Source: Nageia nagi (taxonomy: Eukaryota > Plantae > Pinophyta). Taken from it: a stretch of 64,000 bases of DNA. Position 1 is the stretch's first letter. Every line of letters starts with the position of its first letter. The translations under genes were made by a program, and so were the position numbers. Positions 50,006-61,293 of the stretch are shown piece by piece. Under the pieces are notes generated by a model. That model ran no database searches. It saw nothing but the letters and a program-made list of their open reading frames with translations, and was not told the origin of the DNA. The stretch is from the NCBI GenBank assembly GCA_050084985.1, contig JBITNC010000001.1, forward strand, positions 170,066,001 through 170,130,000, read 5' to 3'.

Positions 50006-51640
50006 AAAAAGTTTCCACTTCTTTTAGTATCCCATAGTATCTAATAGAAATGCATATAATATATACTATCTTTGTAGCCAATCCAAAAATTAGCCAATCT
50101 TTGTTTCCTACAAAACTAGTGAATATTACAAAAAACTTCATTTCCTTTTCTATGGAGGAATTGCTTAGATGTGCTTTACATTAAATATAATTTTGGATCC
50201 ACTTATTCTCATCCTTGATCCTTTTCCTTCCTAAGGTATGATATAATTTATATGACACCATAGATGGTTTAGGTAACCTTTCAAATGGACCATGGTTGTC
50301 CTTTGTTGTTTGATATCCCAATGCTTCATGCATAGTAGCCCATAGTGTGTTGAGCTCAACTTCCTTCATCCAATCATGTGGGTTTATCAGTGGAATGGTT
50401 ATAGGGACTTGCTTTTCTTATGTTTCCATTTTAGAAACCTCAAGTGATGCATTTGAGATTGGTTTAACATGAATGGGAGAGTTGACAACTTTTAAAGTGT
50501 CCATAATGGCCTCAACAGACGCATCCCAATTCCTTCATTTCCAATTGGACACATCTATATCCCCTTCGATGGTGAGTTTTACACCTTACCTTGAAGTCAA
50601 AATTATTTTCTTTTATAAGAATCTCTATCTTAGATTTCTGGGGATCATAGATTGTGTCAATGTCATTCCCTTTCTTTAGTTTAACTTCTATTGTGTTAAT
50701 GGCATGACCTTCCTATTATGGGCTACTAGTAATATTTATAATAGAATATGTAGGCCCAACAATGGGTGCATTTGTCCTTAATATCTGCAGAGCATCTTTT
50801 ACCACCTTGTTAATGACACAATGCTCAATTATGGCCTCACCATTTTTTGAGTTAGACAACACCATTTTTCGTTTACCACTATTGGGTTTTACCAAAGGGA
50901 AGCTCTAAAGTGAGGATGTTATCTTAGGTGAGTCCATAAACGAGGTTAGAATCTAAAGAGCCACATACATGTTGTAAAGCTAAAAGGTCTTCACTAGGGC
51001 CTACCACCTCAACTATAATTAAGGTCAATTTAGTTTGAGTTGCACTATTGGTAGCCTTCGCTTGATATGTAGATAGAGAATGTGCTATAGACCTTGATGG
51101 AGGGGTAACTTAGTTTTCCTTATAATGTTTTTTTCTATGGAATGGAATAAGAAGGGTATATTTACCTTGTGTTTAACATGGAATTGAGCCAATAAAATGA
51201 AGTGGTAGCTGTAAATTATGTTGAATCTACCTTCCAAGGTAAGAAGCTTGATGATCGTAGAGACTACCCATTCCATGAAGGATGCAATGAAGCCCTTAGG
51301 TAGTTATTCATGATTTTGATTGGTTGTTCCTTAGGTTGTAAAAATCATCATATTCTATTTTTTATGCTCCTTGGTCCAGGGTGAAATGGATGCCTTCAAG
51401 GGACATACTGATATCTTCTACTATTAGTTCTTTTGTAATTGTAAATTTCATTCCATTCACCTTCTCTCTCCCATTCATTTAGCTTAACTAAATTTGCTTT
51501 GATACATTTTTGTTTGAGTCATGTAGCCTTTCTACAAAGCCTCTTCCTCCTTGTTGCAATATTTCCCATACCACATTGTTTTTACAAAATTCACTACCAA
51601 AGTGTGGCTCCTCTCAATGTTGTTGTTAGGAATGGAGCCT
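50006..51640 (-). mobile_element. 3' region of a gypsy-like element: accessory ORF remnant (51640-50180), followed by the PPT and LTR start
   Basis: EPHFGSEFCKNNVVWEILQQGG..FVERLH...VNGMKFTITKELI...LPK...TLEGRFNIIYSYHFILL...KVNIPFLF. AGTGGAAACTTTTTGTAAGG at ~50019-50000 on the minus strand. Confidence 0.5.
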
Positions 51641-51705
51641 AATCTTTTTGGTTAAGTTACATTTTAAGCTCTTTGTTTTGCAGTCGGCATGCACAGGGTC
51701 AATCA

Positions 51706-52208
51706 AGAAGGGATTGAACTACAAAGAATACAATCGTAAATGCCCAAGATTATATGAAAGCTCTCTTCAATCAACAAAATATTAAAGCATGAGCAATCTC
51801 ACAAAGTAACTCAAGATGTAAAGTGGTTCCTCCAACTAGGAGTACATCCACTAACTAGATCTTACTTTATTTACAAAGACAACTTTCTTACAATTCTCCT
51901 AACTTCATCTCCTAATCACTATCCTAGAGCATAACTTTGCTTCACAAATTGGTAAGTGATCACAAAGAGAGAGTCTTCTATTTATAAGCCAAAATCCCGC
52001 TTTAGATCACCATTTTAACTATTGTACAAAGGCATGGCATGCTACTTGCTTTTACCCAAGGGGCATGCTCATGACCTGAAGTGTAAGACAAGTTACATTA
52101 TCATATTCACTTAACCACTTAAGGTATCTAGAGATATCATTAAGTATTAGTGAATTTACAAAGAAGATTATTACAAAACCTTACAATAATGCATTATACA
52201 TTCCAACA
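51706..52208 (-). mobile_element. Solo LTR (503 bp) related to the LTRs of the 6821-14902 copia
   Basis: Minus strand TGTTGGAATGTATAATG...TTGTAAATTCA.TAAT.CTTAA..AT...TAGATACCTTAAG aligns with the start of the copia LTR. TSD AATCA at 51701-51705 and 52209-52213. Confidence 0.85.
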
Positions 52209-52299
52209 AATCAATAGGTGCAATCGATAGGTAGGGGGCTTATTAGGGTCCAATCGATGGATAGGTGGTCAATCATATTAATTAGTCAATCGATCATAG

Positions 52300-52870
52300 T
52301 ATGAATTGTAATCGACCTTATGACACTCAATCCTAATAACTCAATCAACTTGATGGTGGCCAATCATAAACCAAAGATGGGAAAACTCTATTTTGAGGTT
52401 GAAAACTCACTCTTGGGCTATTCTAAGTGTGTGAACTTGAGGTTACTTTGGGTGGTGAATTCTATAATTGTAAAGTTACTCAAGTTAGTACTAAAAATAA
52501 GATTTTATGGATTTATATAAATATATGTAAGATCTTATGGAATTGGGTAGTGGGTGAGATTTGCATAGGTGTGAGGAGTAGGAAGGAGGTAAATCCTTGT
52601 TGAGAGAGACTATTGTAGTTAGAATTTCTTGTAAGAACAAAGAGACTGTTGTAGTAAGGATTTCCTATAAGAACAAAAAGGAAGGTACAACAAGAGTTGG
52701 TTGTAGATTGTATCCCTTTGTGGCTTGGATTGATTAATCAAGGACTAGATATTCTCCTTGGACGTAGCCCACATTGGGTGAACCACATTACATACTTCGC
52801 CTTCACTTATTAATGTGATATTATTGGTTATTTTTCTTTTGAGTTTAAAGTAGATTAATTGCTCAACTAT
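52300..52870 (+). mobile_element. LTR-like fragment
   Basis: TATAAA, short internal duplications, and a GGACGTAGCCC...GGGTGAACCACATTA motif similar to the U5 motif of the other LTRs. Confidence 0.35.
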
Positions 52871-53309
52871 ATTTTTATATAGTGAATATCATGACTCTTG
52901 TCACCATCCAAAATAAGCAACAAAACTCTTCCAATCTTTTTCATTTTGCATGTTTCAAGTGTTTTATATTGACGTCCATGTTTTAACATACAACTCAAAT
53001 AAGAAAAAGCAACCAATAGCATTTATTTTATTTTGAAAGAATGTGCTTATTCAAGCTCTCATATGTCCGCAACTTTTGGTTCAAAGACAAGTTTCCAACA
53101 GTATCATGATAGGTTTGATCATTTCAGTTTTTCAAAAGTTTTGTTTTTTATTATTTTACATAACATATGTTTGCAAGATCTTCACCAAGGGCAAAGGTGC
53201 GAGACTTTATCAAAATTATATATCCTTCATCATCTTGGGAATGTGATCTCGAGTTCCCTCCCTCAACCACATCTCCAAAAAAAGCAAGTTACAGACACTT
53301 AAAATTATT

Positions 53310-54070
53310 TTTTTAACTATTTAAAATTATTTTATTTAATTATATAAAATATCAATTTGGATCAACTTGGGTGAATCAAAGTTACTTTAAATGAATTTCT
53401 CTAGTTAGCATTGTCTTCTCTGCACATTGTTCTAAGTGGGTCCACTTAGGTGAACTCAAAATCAAATTTATAGATCATTTATAATACAGTTCAAAGTGTT
53501 CATTTTAGATACATAAAGATCATAAACAATCACAAGAAGAAAACAATAATGCAAGATCATCTTTTATTATCATGACAAGTATCATCAAAATAATCCAAGC
53601 AGCCAAAAAATTGAAGTACAAGCCAAAATGAGAGTCCAACTCAACACCTACGGCCAAAACACCCAACAACCTAGCACCATAGGCCTAGAATGCAAACACT
53701 TTGGTCTTGAGCTTCAAAAACCACCATGGTTAAAACAGATCATTCTAGATGTGCACATCAATTCTAGCATTATCTTGGGCAAAATCATCTATAGAATTAT
53801 CATTTTTAGGATCATCATCATCTTCAAGTTTATCAGTTTCAAAATTAGTCTAGAATTATCCAAATTTCATTGCAACTAGGGTTCAACCTTCAAGAACATA
53901 AATTCTTTGCCAGAAAGCTTCCAATCCACTATCATACAAACAAGTTTTGTATCTCCTCATATCTATTTGTAATATCCCAATTGCTAAATCTCTGTACTGC
54001 ATTTTGAAATTAATCTATTGTCCACTCCACACAATAAATATGCACTTTTTAATACATTTTTGTGTCTCCA
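53310..54070 (+). repeat. Diverged copy of the LTR-like sequence at 41300-42050
   Basis: Colinear blocks, e.g. AATCAA.GTTACTTTAAATGAA, AACTCAAAATCAAA, TCAACACCTA, GAATTATCCAAA and CTATCAT. Confidence 0.7.
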
Positions 54071-54735
54071 ATATGACACAAAATAGCAATAATGGATTTG
54101 TTGCATATGATTTACATAAAAAGGCTATCTACCCAAAGAACTTAACAATTTGTAAACAGAGAGACATAAAGAAGCTTTCAACTGAAAATCACACAAAAAG
54201 AAGAGCTAGATTGCTTCTTTGAAATGAACTCAAATAGAAATACTTTTTATAATATGCAGCCTGAACGTTACTTGGCAAACAGATAAATATTATAAAGTCT
54301 AGATTTGTAGGAATTCAAGTCACAAGACATGTATCCAAGGCCTTGCTCTTAATCTACCATGACACATACTCTGCATGCACGAGCAATCAATCAATTCAAG
54401 AACTACACATCTTTCAAGGTATGAATGCTTATCGAGCCTTAAAGCAAGCTTCTCCCTGCATACTGATGAATTCCTACATAAACAAGAGATTAAGCGAAGA
54501 AACATATTTTCTGTAAAGAGTAAATCACCTCAACCGATTTGCTTGCAAAATTTGATCACAGGCAGCCTGTATAAGCGATGTTCTCCCTGGATCCTTGCAA
54601 TATTCCTGTTGAAATTGTGCATTTTATCAACTACTGTCTGAGATCAAGTTGCCAGGAATAGCAGTTTATTTCCAACCATATCTAAGCTTTGTGAAAGCAG
54701 TGGCCACAAAGGCTGAAAATGATATGGTGTCTCTT

Positions 54736-54852
54736 TCAAAACCAATTTGATATTTCATAATCTCTAAAGCTACGAAGATAATCCTCCATTTCCTTCCTTG
54801 ACTTCTCCCATTTCACTTTCTCAATAACAACATCAGGATTGTCTCGCTTTTC
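54736..54852 (-). CDS. PTAC6: Last coding exon of a PLASTID TRANSCRIPTIONALLY ACTIVE 6 / PEP-associated protein 8 homologue
   Basis: Acceptor TCACAG|, then EKRDNPDVVIEKVKWEKSRKEMEDYLRSFRDYEISNWF*. This matches my recollection of the angiosperm PTAC6/PAP8 C-terminus (..ERDDP.TVI..EEW.KTR.DME.HLRKLRDFS.SNWF). Recognised from memory, not searched. Confidence 0.85.
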   Translation of the reverse strand, partial: EKRDNPDVVIEKVKWEKSRKEMEDYLRSFRDYEISNWF

Positions 54853-55080
54853 CTGTGATTACAATGTTGAGACTTTCAGAAAAAATTGCTACTGAAATGC
54901 AAGCTTTAAGTACATACTGGCACTCATCGAGAGTAAATTTAAAACTATCTTAGCAATAAATTTTAACTAAGGAATTAAGTCGGAATAGAGATTGAAGACA
55001 ATAATTCATGAGACTTGTAAATAAATAAAAAAGTTTTACTTTCAACAACTGTGTGTGGGTGTAAAGAATGAGTCACATAC

Positions 55081-55170
55081 CGACGGGATGATTTTAAATG
55101 AAGCTCCTAGGTCACGAACGATCAGAACTTCATCTCTACGATTACGATTCTTGCCTTTAGGAATGGAAAC
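55081..55170 (-). CDS. PTAC6: Penultimate coding exon of the PTAC6/PAP8 homologue
   Basis: Acceptor TTTTTGTTTAG|, 90 nt encoding VSIPKGKNRNRRDEVLIVRDLGASFKIIPS, donor |GTATGT. Phase 0 at both ends, in frame with the last exon across a 228-nt intron. Confidence 0.85.
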
Positions 55171-55282
55171 CTAAACAAAAAGTTAAAACATTGAGCAAGG
55201 GAGAAATACAGTAAATTCTACGCAAAGCTATAAAGTGAATTTGAAGAACCACAGGAAGGCATAATATATCATTTCTTTTCTG

Positions 55283-55560
55283 ATTTAGTTCAACATGACC
55301 TACATGGAAATTCTTTAGTGCATAACTCAAGCAAAACATTTCCATCTATAGTAACCATATGTCAAAGTAGAACATAAACATTTGTGGTTTAGAAATTCAG
55401 AGTAAATCCTTGTTTCGATAATGTCTTAAAATACTATTTAGTTCAACATCAACTACACGGCAATTCTTTAGCGCACAGCTCAAGAAAAACTTTTCCATCT
55501 ATGGTAACCATATGTCAAAGCAAAACATAAATGTTTGTTATTTATAAACTCAGAATAAAT
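55283..55560. repeat. Intronic tandem duplication, 154-bp period
   Basis: TTTAGTTCAACAT...TTTCCATCTAT.GTAACCATATGTCAAAG at 55283 and 55437. Confidence 0.85.
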
Positions 55561-56149
55561 ATTTTTTAAGATGCCCAAATATGTGACCAGACATGCAACA
55601 ACTTCGTTAAGGAAGCATATAAAAGAAAATAGCAACATCTAGGCTGCTGAATACCAACACCATCTTCAATTGTCATGCCACAACTCGAGAACAAATAGAA
55701 AAGTTTAGGGTTGTGCCTACGATATCGTTGGTAGAGCTTAGTTCTTTGCACCTAACAATCTTGCCAAAACAGGCTTGCCAATGCATTTCAAATGCCTGTC
55801 ACTAACTAGTATAGAACATAGCATGGTGAGATCCCCAAATTCTAAAAGCTAATGCCCTTCACAAGGATTTCTTTTGGTAGTAACATTTGGTGTTAGAACT
55901 AGTGTCCTTGAATGACCAAGCATTGAAATTTTAGACGTGAATGTGAACCTTACTTTCAAATGTATTCATAGTTCACAAACTATGAATAAATTATCGTAAT
56001 GTGAACCTTAAGAAATTCTAAACAAACTTTTCTCATAAAACCACTAATCAACACCTAAACTCGGGCTTTGCCACCAATTAAGGTGCATTATAACTTATTT
56101 AATTTTTCTTTGTTCTTCAACTTGTTCTCTAATTAAGTGATGTTGAAAC

Positions 56150-57900
56150 CTCATCCCCGCATGCATTACTAGATTCTTTATTAGCTTCAAAACACTTTCA
56201 TTGTCTCAAAGTATCAGTTGGTTTCTTTTGTTGCATTCAAAGATCTATAAATATTTTCCTTATCCCAATCGCCTCATTTGCTAATTCCGTCATAGCCTTG
56301 GATTCTACCTCTATCAAAGATAGTGCTACTGTACTTTGTTTTTTCATTCTTCTAAGATATCATTCCTAAGTATAAAATATATGGATGGTCTATAGTTCAT
56401 CTTCTATCCTCTTCTAAACCCGTCCAGTCTGAATCTGAATTATCTTGATAAGAAGTTTTATTTGTCATGTACATACACAATTTCAAATTTTATCGTTTCC
56501 TTGATGTACCTCAATATCCTTTTTCCTCAATTCCAAAGTTCTCGCCTTGGATATACCATGAATCTGAAGAGGAAATTAACTGCATAACATATTTTTGGTG
56601 TTGAATAAATCAAACACTGCCAGCACATGGTAGGATTTATTTTCCTAACCATGTCTTTGCTTAATTTCAATTTTTCTTCTGTCAGTGTTGAAAAAGTTTT
56701 AGCATCTTAGGTTGTGATATAAAAATGCCATGTTCTATTGCAACACTTTGATACCATGACAACAATGAAGCGATTTTAAATGTTATCTCGAAATTGCTAG
56801 TAAGTGTTGCTTTGGATCCCCAAAAATATCTTCACTATTACCAATTGTCACTAAACCATCAAAATGAATAGCAATAATGTCAAGATCAAAACCTCAATCT
56901 TCATTTACATGTTGTATTATGTTGTTATTCTTCTGAATTCCTCTTCCCTTGAGTTCTGGTCCAACTTATATACCACTGCATTGGTGCTTGTAAAAGTCCA
57001 TAAAAAGATTTATCATTTATATAATTTGCAAATGTGACATACTTTTCCTTTTTCTTCATAGCATCCACATGGGTGCTTAGAGATTTATTTATCCAAATCA
57101 TGATTCAAAAATGTAGTGTTGGTATCCATTTGATGTCTTTCCAGCCGTTGTGTGCAACTATGGATTACAACATTCGAATAGTCTGAACTTTTAAAGTAGG
57201 TGCAAATGTTTTAGTTTATTCTATACCTTCTTTGTATGTGTATCCCTTTGCAACCAATCTTGCTTTGTAATTGTCCACTGCGTTTTCCTTGGGGTTGGTC
57301 AACCTTTGGGCCACCCTAGCCCATTGAGTGCTCTACCTTGGGCCCATTTGCATTGTATTTGGTTATGAAAACCCACTTATTCTTCATTGTTTTCTTACAA
57401 GGTGATATCTAAACCACCTCTCATGTTCTGTGGTTAATCAGACCATCATATTCTTTATCCATTGCTTCTCTCAATTCCAAAACTTCTTTTGCTTTTTAAA
57501 TTGAACTTAGCTCTTGATCTTTCATGACCTTTGCCATGAAACTGTACTTTGTATCTGCAGGCTTTGCATCACTTGTTATTTCATCAAATTTTCGTCTTGT
57601 CTTTTCTTGCTTCTCTATTGTTGGGCTCTCTTTGTTTTTCTTCATCTTCTTCTTCTAATACTCCTCTTCACTTTCTTCTTTTTTCTTTCTAGAAGTCTTA
57701 CCTTCAACCTTTCAGTCTCCTTTTCACTTCATTCACCTTCATCGAACAACACATGTTTAGTGGTATGAATGACTTCAGATTCTGGATCTCACAAACTGTA
57801 ACATTTTGTTTTAGAACAATATTGTAGATATTTGTCTTCTAAAAACAATGGCACTCACTTAAACCTTCAGAAAATAGCATATCTAAAAAAACTCAATGCA
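56150..57900 (-). mobile_element. Degraded Ty1/copia RT-RNase H remnant in the PTAC6 intron
   Basis: MDKEYDGL; NKWVFITKYNANG; NYKARLVAKG; LQAP.QWY. PPT-like GCGGGGA followed by TG at ~56152. Confidence 0.7.
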
Positions 57901-59270
57901 CCATCTTTGTTTCTTATATTAAATATACATTCTAAATTCCAATAATCTTTCATTCTGCAAATATCACATCAATTGGATATCTAATACATGTAATGCCAGA
58001 GACAAGTCCATTTTGAATATGAATGCAAGAAGAAAAAGTCAAATTAAACATCTCAAGGGCCTACTACATTAAAGAGTTAATTGAAGGAATGGGGTGAAGA
58101 TATCTGGTTTTTAGATTGTAATTTTTAAATCACAACACCAGTAATAGGGGATCCACATGTAAAAAATTATCAATTAGTAAGAAGCAAGGTGAAAATAGGA
58201 GATAATAAAGAGGTAGATGAGATGGAAAAGGACTGTTATCAAATCACAAGGAATAAGAGAGAGAAAATACATTCATGATACTTTTTTTTTTCCAAGGTTT
58301 AAGCACAGTTGTTTGGAACAATGACCATCTTATTTCTAAGAATTAGAGGGCTGTGTTTGAGGATAGTTGCTGTAAAAGTTTTGATGAGACACATAATTTA
58401 CAGCCTGTTGTTCATGTTTCAATTATGGAGAACTACATGTTCTTGTTGAAAATGGCTCCCAGTGGTAGAGGATACAAGGTTATGGAAGAGGAGGTTTGAC
58501 ACTCAAGTTTCAAAGGCCCGAAATTGCTCTAAAGAAAGTAGATGGTGAGAGGTATTCCAGTCATAGAACTAGATGATGTCATGTGCCTAGGATGTGCTTT
58601 TCAGAAGCAAGACAGATAAACTTCCTGTGAATAGATGGAGAGCATGTTTACCCCTTGAGCTGGCCCATGCTGATATTCATGGGCCAATGCAAGCAACATA
58701 TCTGGAGAAGAAATTTTGGCTTTTAACATCTGTTAATGATTATTCATGAAAAAACTTGTATTAGAAATAGAGTTCAAAGGTCTCCCTCTTCTCGCATTGG
58801 TAGAGAAACAATTGAGAATGGATCGTACAGGAGACTTCACCTCAGGTGATTGTAATGAATTTTGCAACAAGAATGGCATCAAGAGACAGATGAATGCCTC
58901 CTGCACCTTCAATGAACTGGCATAGCCAAACACAAGGATTGCACAAATGGAGAGATAGACCGTAGTTTCCTTGAAGTCAAGAACTTGCCAATCATCCACC
59001 AAAGTAGATGTTAGATCAATAATTTAGAAGAAGAGTATCTCACTACCAGGCTGATCCAAACACCCATGCTACTGATTAGTGATTTTCATATAAACTTTCC
59101 ATTACTCAGCTGTATTCAAGTTGTACCTTCTATCTTTGAAGAAGCAGCTGCAAAATATGTTTGTAGATACAATGATCAAGAAATGGAATCAATTTGTGAG
59201 AATGATACTTGGAAACTCATACAACTTCTCAAAGGGAAGCAACTCATAGGTGTTAAGTGGATCTAAAAAG

Positions 59271-59516
59271 TTTTTTTTTTTTTTTTTGATATGGTGCAAA
59301 ACCCCTTTGTGAGGGCCCCTTTTGTCTTAGCTTCCACAAGCAGAGAATATCTATTCCATTAATGTGACCCGAGACTTGCACCTGGCTCTGCCCACACTTG
59401 CAGATTTATACAAGATTTTTATTTGTTCTACCACATAGGGACAGGGGCTTTTGAACCTGGGCCTCCCATGGAGCATTCCCATTACTTCCCCAACTCCCCT
59501 AACATAGGTGAACAAG
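59271..59516 (-). mobile_element. tRNA-derived SINE (~245 bp)
   Basis: A17 tail (T17 on the plus strand, 59271-59287). TSD GTGGATCTAAAAAG / GTGGATTTACAAAG (59257-59270 and 59517-59530). A-box-like TAGGGGAGTTGG and B-box-like GGTTCAAAAGCC. Interrupts the RT motif KWIYK. Confidence 0.8.
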
Positions 59517-60458
59517 GTGGATTTACAAAGTAAATATCATATTGATGGAAAAGTTGAATGAACCAAGGTTAGGCTTAATTGCCAAAGAGTATGCATGACA
59601 ACTTGATGTTAATTATTCTAAAACCATTACTCCTGTTGCTAGGCTTGACACACTTATGAGTATTTTAGCTACAGCTACTCAATGGTTGGTAAACCAAATT
59701 GGATGTGAAATCAACCTTCCTCAATGGCTACATTAAATGAGGAATTCTGTGTGGAGCAATCGTCTGACTACAGGGTAAACAGAAAACAGAGTTTGGCCTA
59801 TAAGATCAAGAAAATGCTATATGGACTACAACAAGCTCCAAGAGCGTAGTATGTCAAGACCACTACTTATATCTTGTAAAAAGCCGTTAGAAGTGTTTCA
59901 GAATCCAAACCTTATTATATGAGAAATTTATTGGTTCTAATATTCTCATATTATACCATTTTGTTGATTTCTAATACAAATAGACAGTAACAAAAACTTG
60001 ATGGAGTTCCAAACAATAACGGCCAAAGGATTTGAAATGACTGATTTAGAGTAGATGCACAGTTTCCTAGGTGCAGAAGTGCAAAAATGCAAGGACAGTT
60101 TCCTTATTTCAAATCCTAAATACGTTGGTGATTTATTCAGTAGATTCAAAATGAGCAATTGTAAAGTTGCACCTAGCCCACTTGTACTTGGTGAAAAGTT
60201 AAGCAGAGAACACAATGGTTCTAGAGTTGAAGACAATCTTTACAGAAGCCTAGTTGGCAACCTCATGTATATTACAGCCACTAGACCCTATATAATATAC
60301 ATTTTAAGTCTTGTATCTCAGTTGAAACTTGAGATGCATGCACAAATCCCATGAAACTCATTTGTATGAAGCAAAGACGATTCTTAGATATATAAATGGC
60401 ACCTCAGATTTCACCATTTTCGTATTACTAACATTTGCTACTGAAAATTTTGAATTAG

Positions 60459-60661
60459 ATCATGAAATGTTAGGGGAGTTGGAAGAACAGTGGGTGTGGA
60501 AACTCTCAAATGATGTAAAGAGAGTCCCATGTTCAAATCCTACCCCTCACATGCTGGTGATATGTCTCGAATGTCACATGATTGTGACATGTCTTGATTT
60601 CTGAACCGCTTTGTAAAAAGGTTGGGACCCTTTCAACACCCATTCTTAACCAAAAAAAAAA
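60459..60661 (+). mobile_element. tRNA-derived SINE (~200 bp)
   Basis: A-box-like TAGGGGAGTTGG (60471-60482), B box GTTCAAATCC (60531-60540), poly(A) tail, and a 29-bp TSD with 1 mismatch (60430-60458 and 60662-60690). Confidence 0.85.
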
Positions 60662-61293
60662 AACATTTGCTACTTAAAATTTTGAATTAGTGGGCTACTT
60701 ATATGCAGATTGGACAAATTCCATTTAGTCCACTTCCAAATATATATTTTCTCTTGGACCAGGAAAAATCTTATTGTACCACTGAAAGAAGCACATGATC
60801 TCATTATCATCAGCTGAGGCAGAGTATATGGCAGCAACATCAATGTGTTGCCAAGCCATTGACTAAAAAGATATTGAAAGAATCACAATAACCACGAGAG
60901 CACCTCAGTCATGTTTTATGACTTTGGTAGTACAAATGCAAGGACGAGCAATCTTGTGTTTCATGAAAGAACAAAACAGAGATATTCATCACCATTAAGA
61001 TGGCCAGGTAAAGTTATTTGCAAGCTAAGTGAATAGGTAGCAGTTATATTCACAAGGGCACTTCCTAGAAACTACTTTGAACAATTGGCAGACATGCTTG
61101 GAATTTGCCTGTTGATAATCAAGGGGAAGATCTAAGGCACAACTAACTCACATGGAAATTAGTAATTGAGTGAACTTTCGTAAAGTGACGTAAATAGGAC
61201 ACATCAGAGCTCAATAGTTTCTGTTTTAGCTGACTTTCAAATGTAATCAATGTCTGATGTAATTTCATCATTGTAACTTAGTAACTTACATAT

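Larger units (their letters stand above)
58000..61130 (+). mobile_element. Degraded Ty1/copia remnant in the PTAC6 intron
   Basis: LELAHADIHGPM; EFCNKNGIKRQ; ENDTWKL..L.KGKQLIGVKWI; LYGLQQAPRA; FEMTDL; YRSLVGNLMYITATRP; SSAEAEYMAA. PPT at 61121-61130. Confidence 0.85.

Noticed and set aside
41300-54070. 41300-42050 and 53310-54070 as the paired LTRs of one element
   Set aside because: They are strongly diverged, with no termini or TSD identified. A PPT/LTR junction already occurs at 43905, so independent copies are equally likely.
54320-54641. ORFs 54320-54505 (-) and 54375-54641 (+)
   Set aside because: They lie in the probable PTAC6 3' UTR and show no recognisable protein features.
55283-55560. 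Intronic snoRNA pair
   Set aside because: No C/D or H/ACA boxes were recognised on the gene strand.
57285-57350. GC-richer patch in the copia RT as a separate insertion
   Set aside because: It resembles a diverged duplicate of the VE..KARLVAKG segment and has no TSD or tail.
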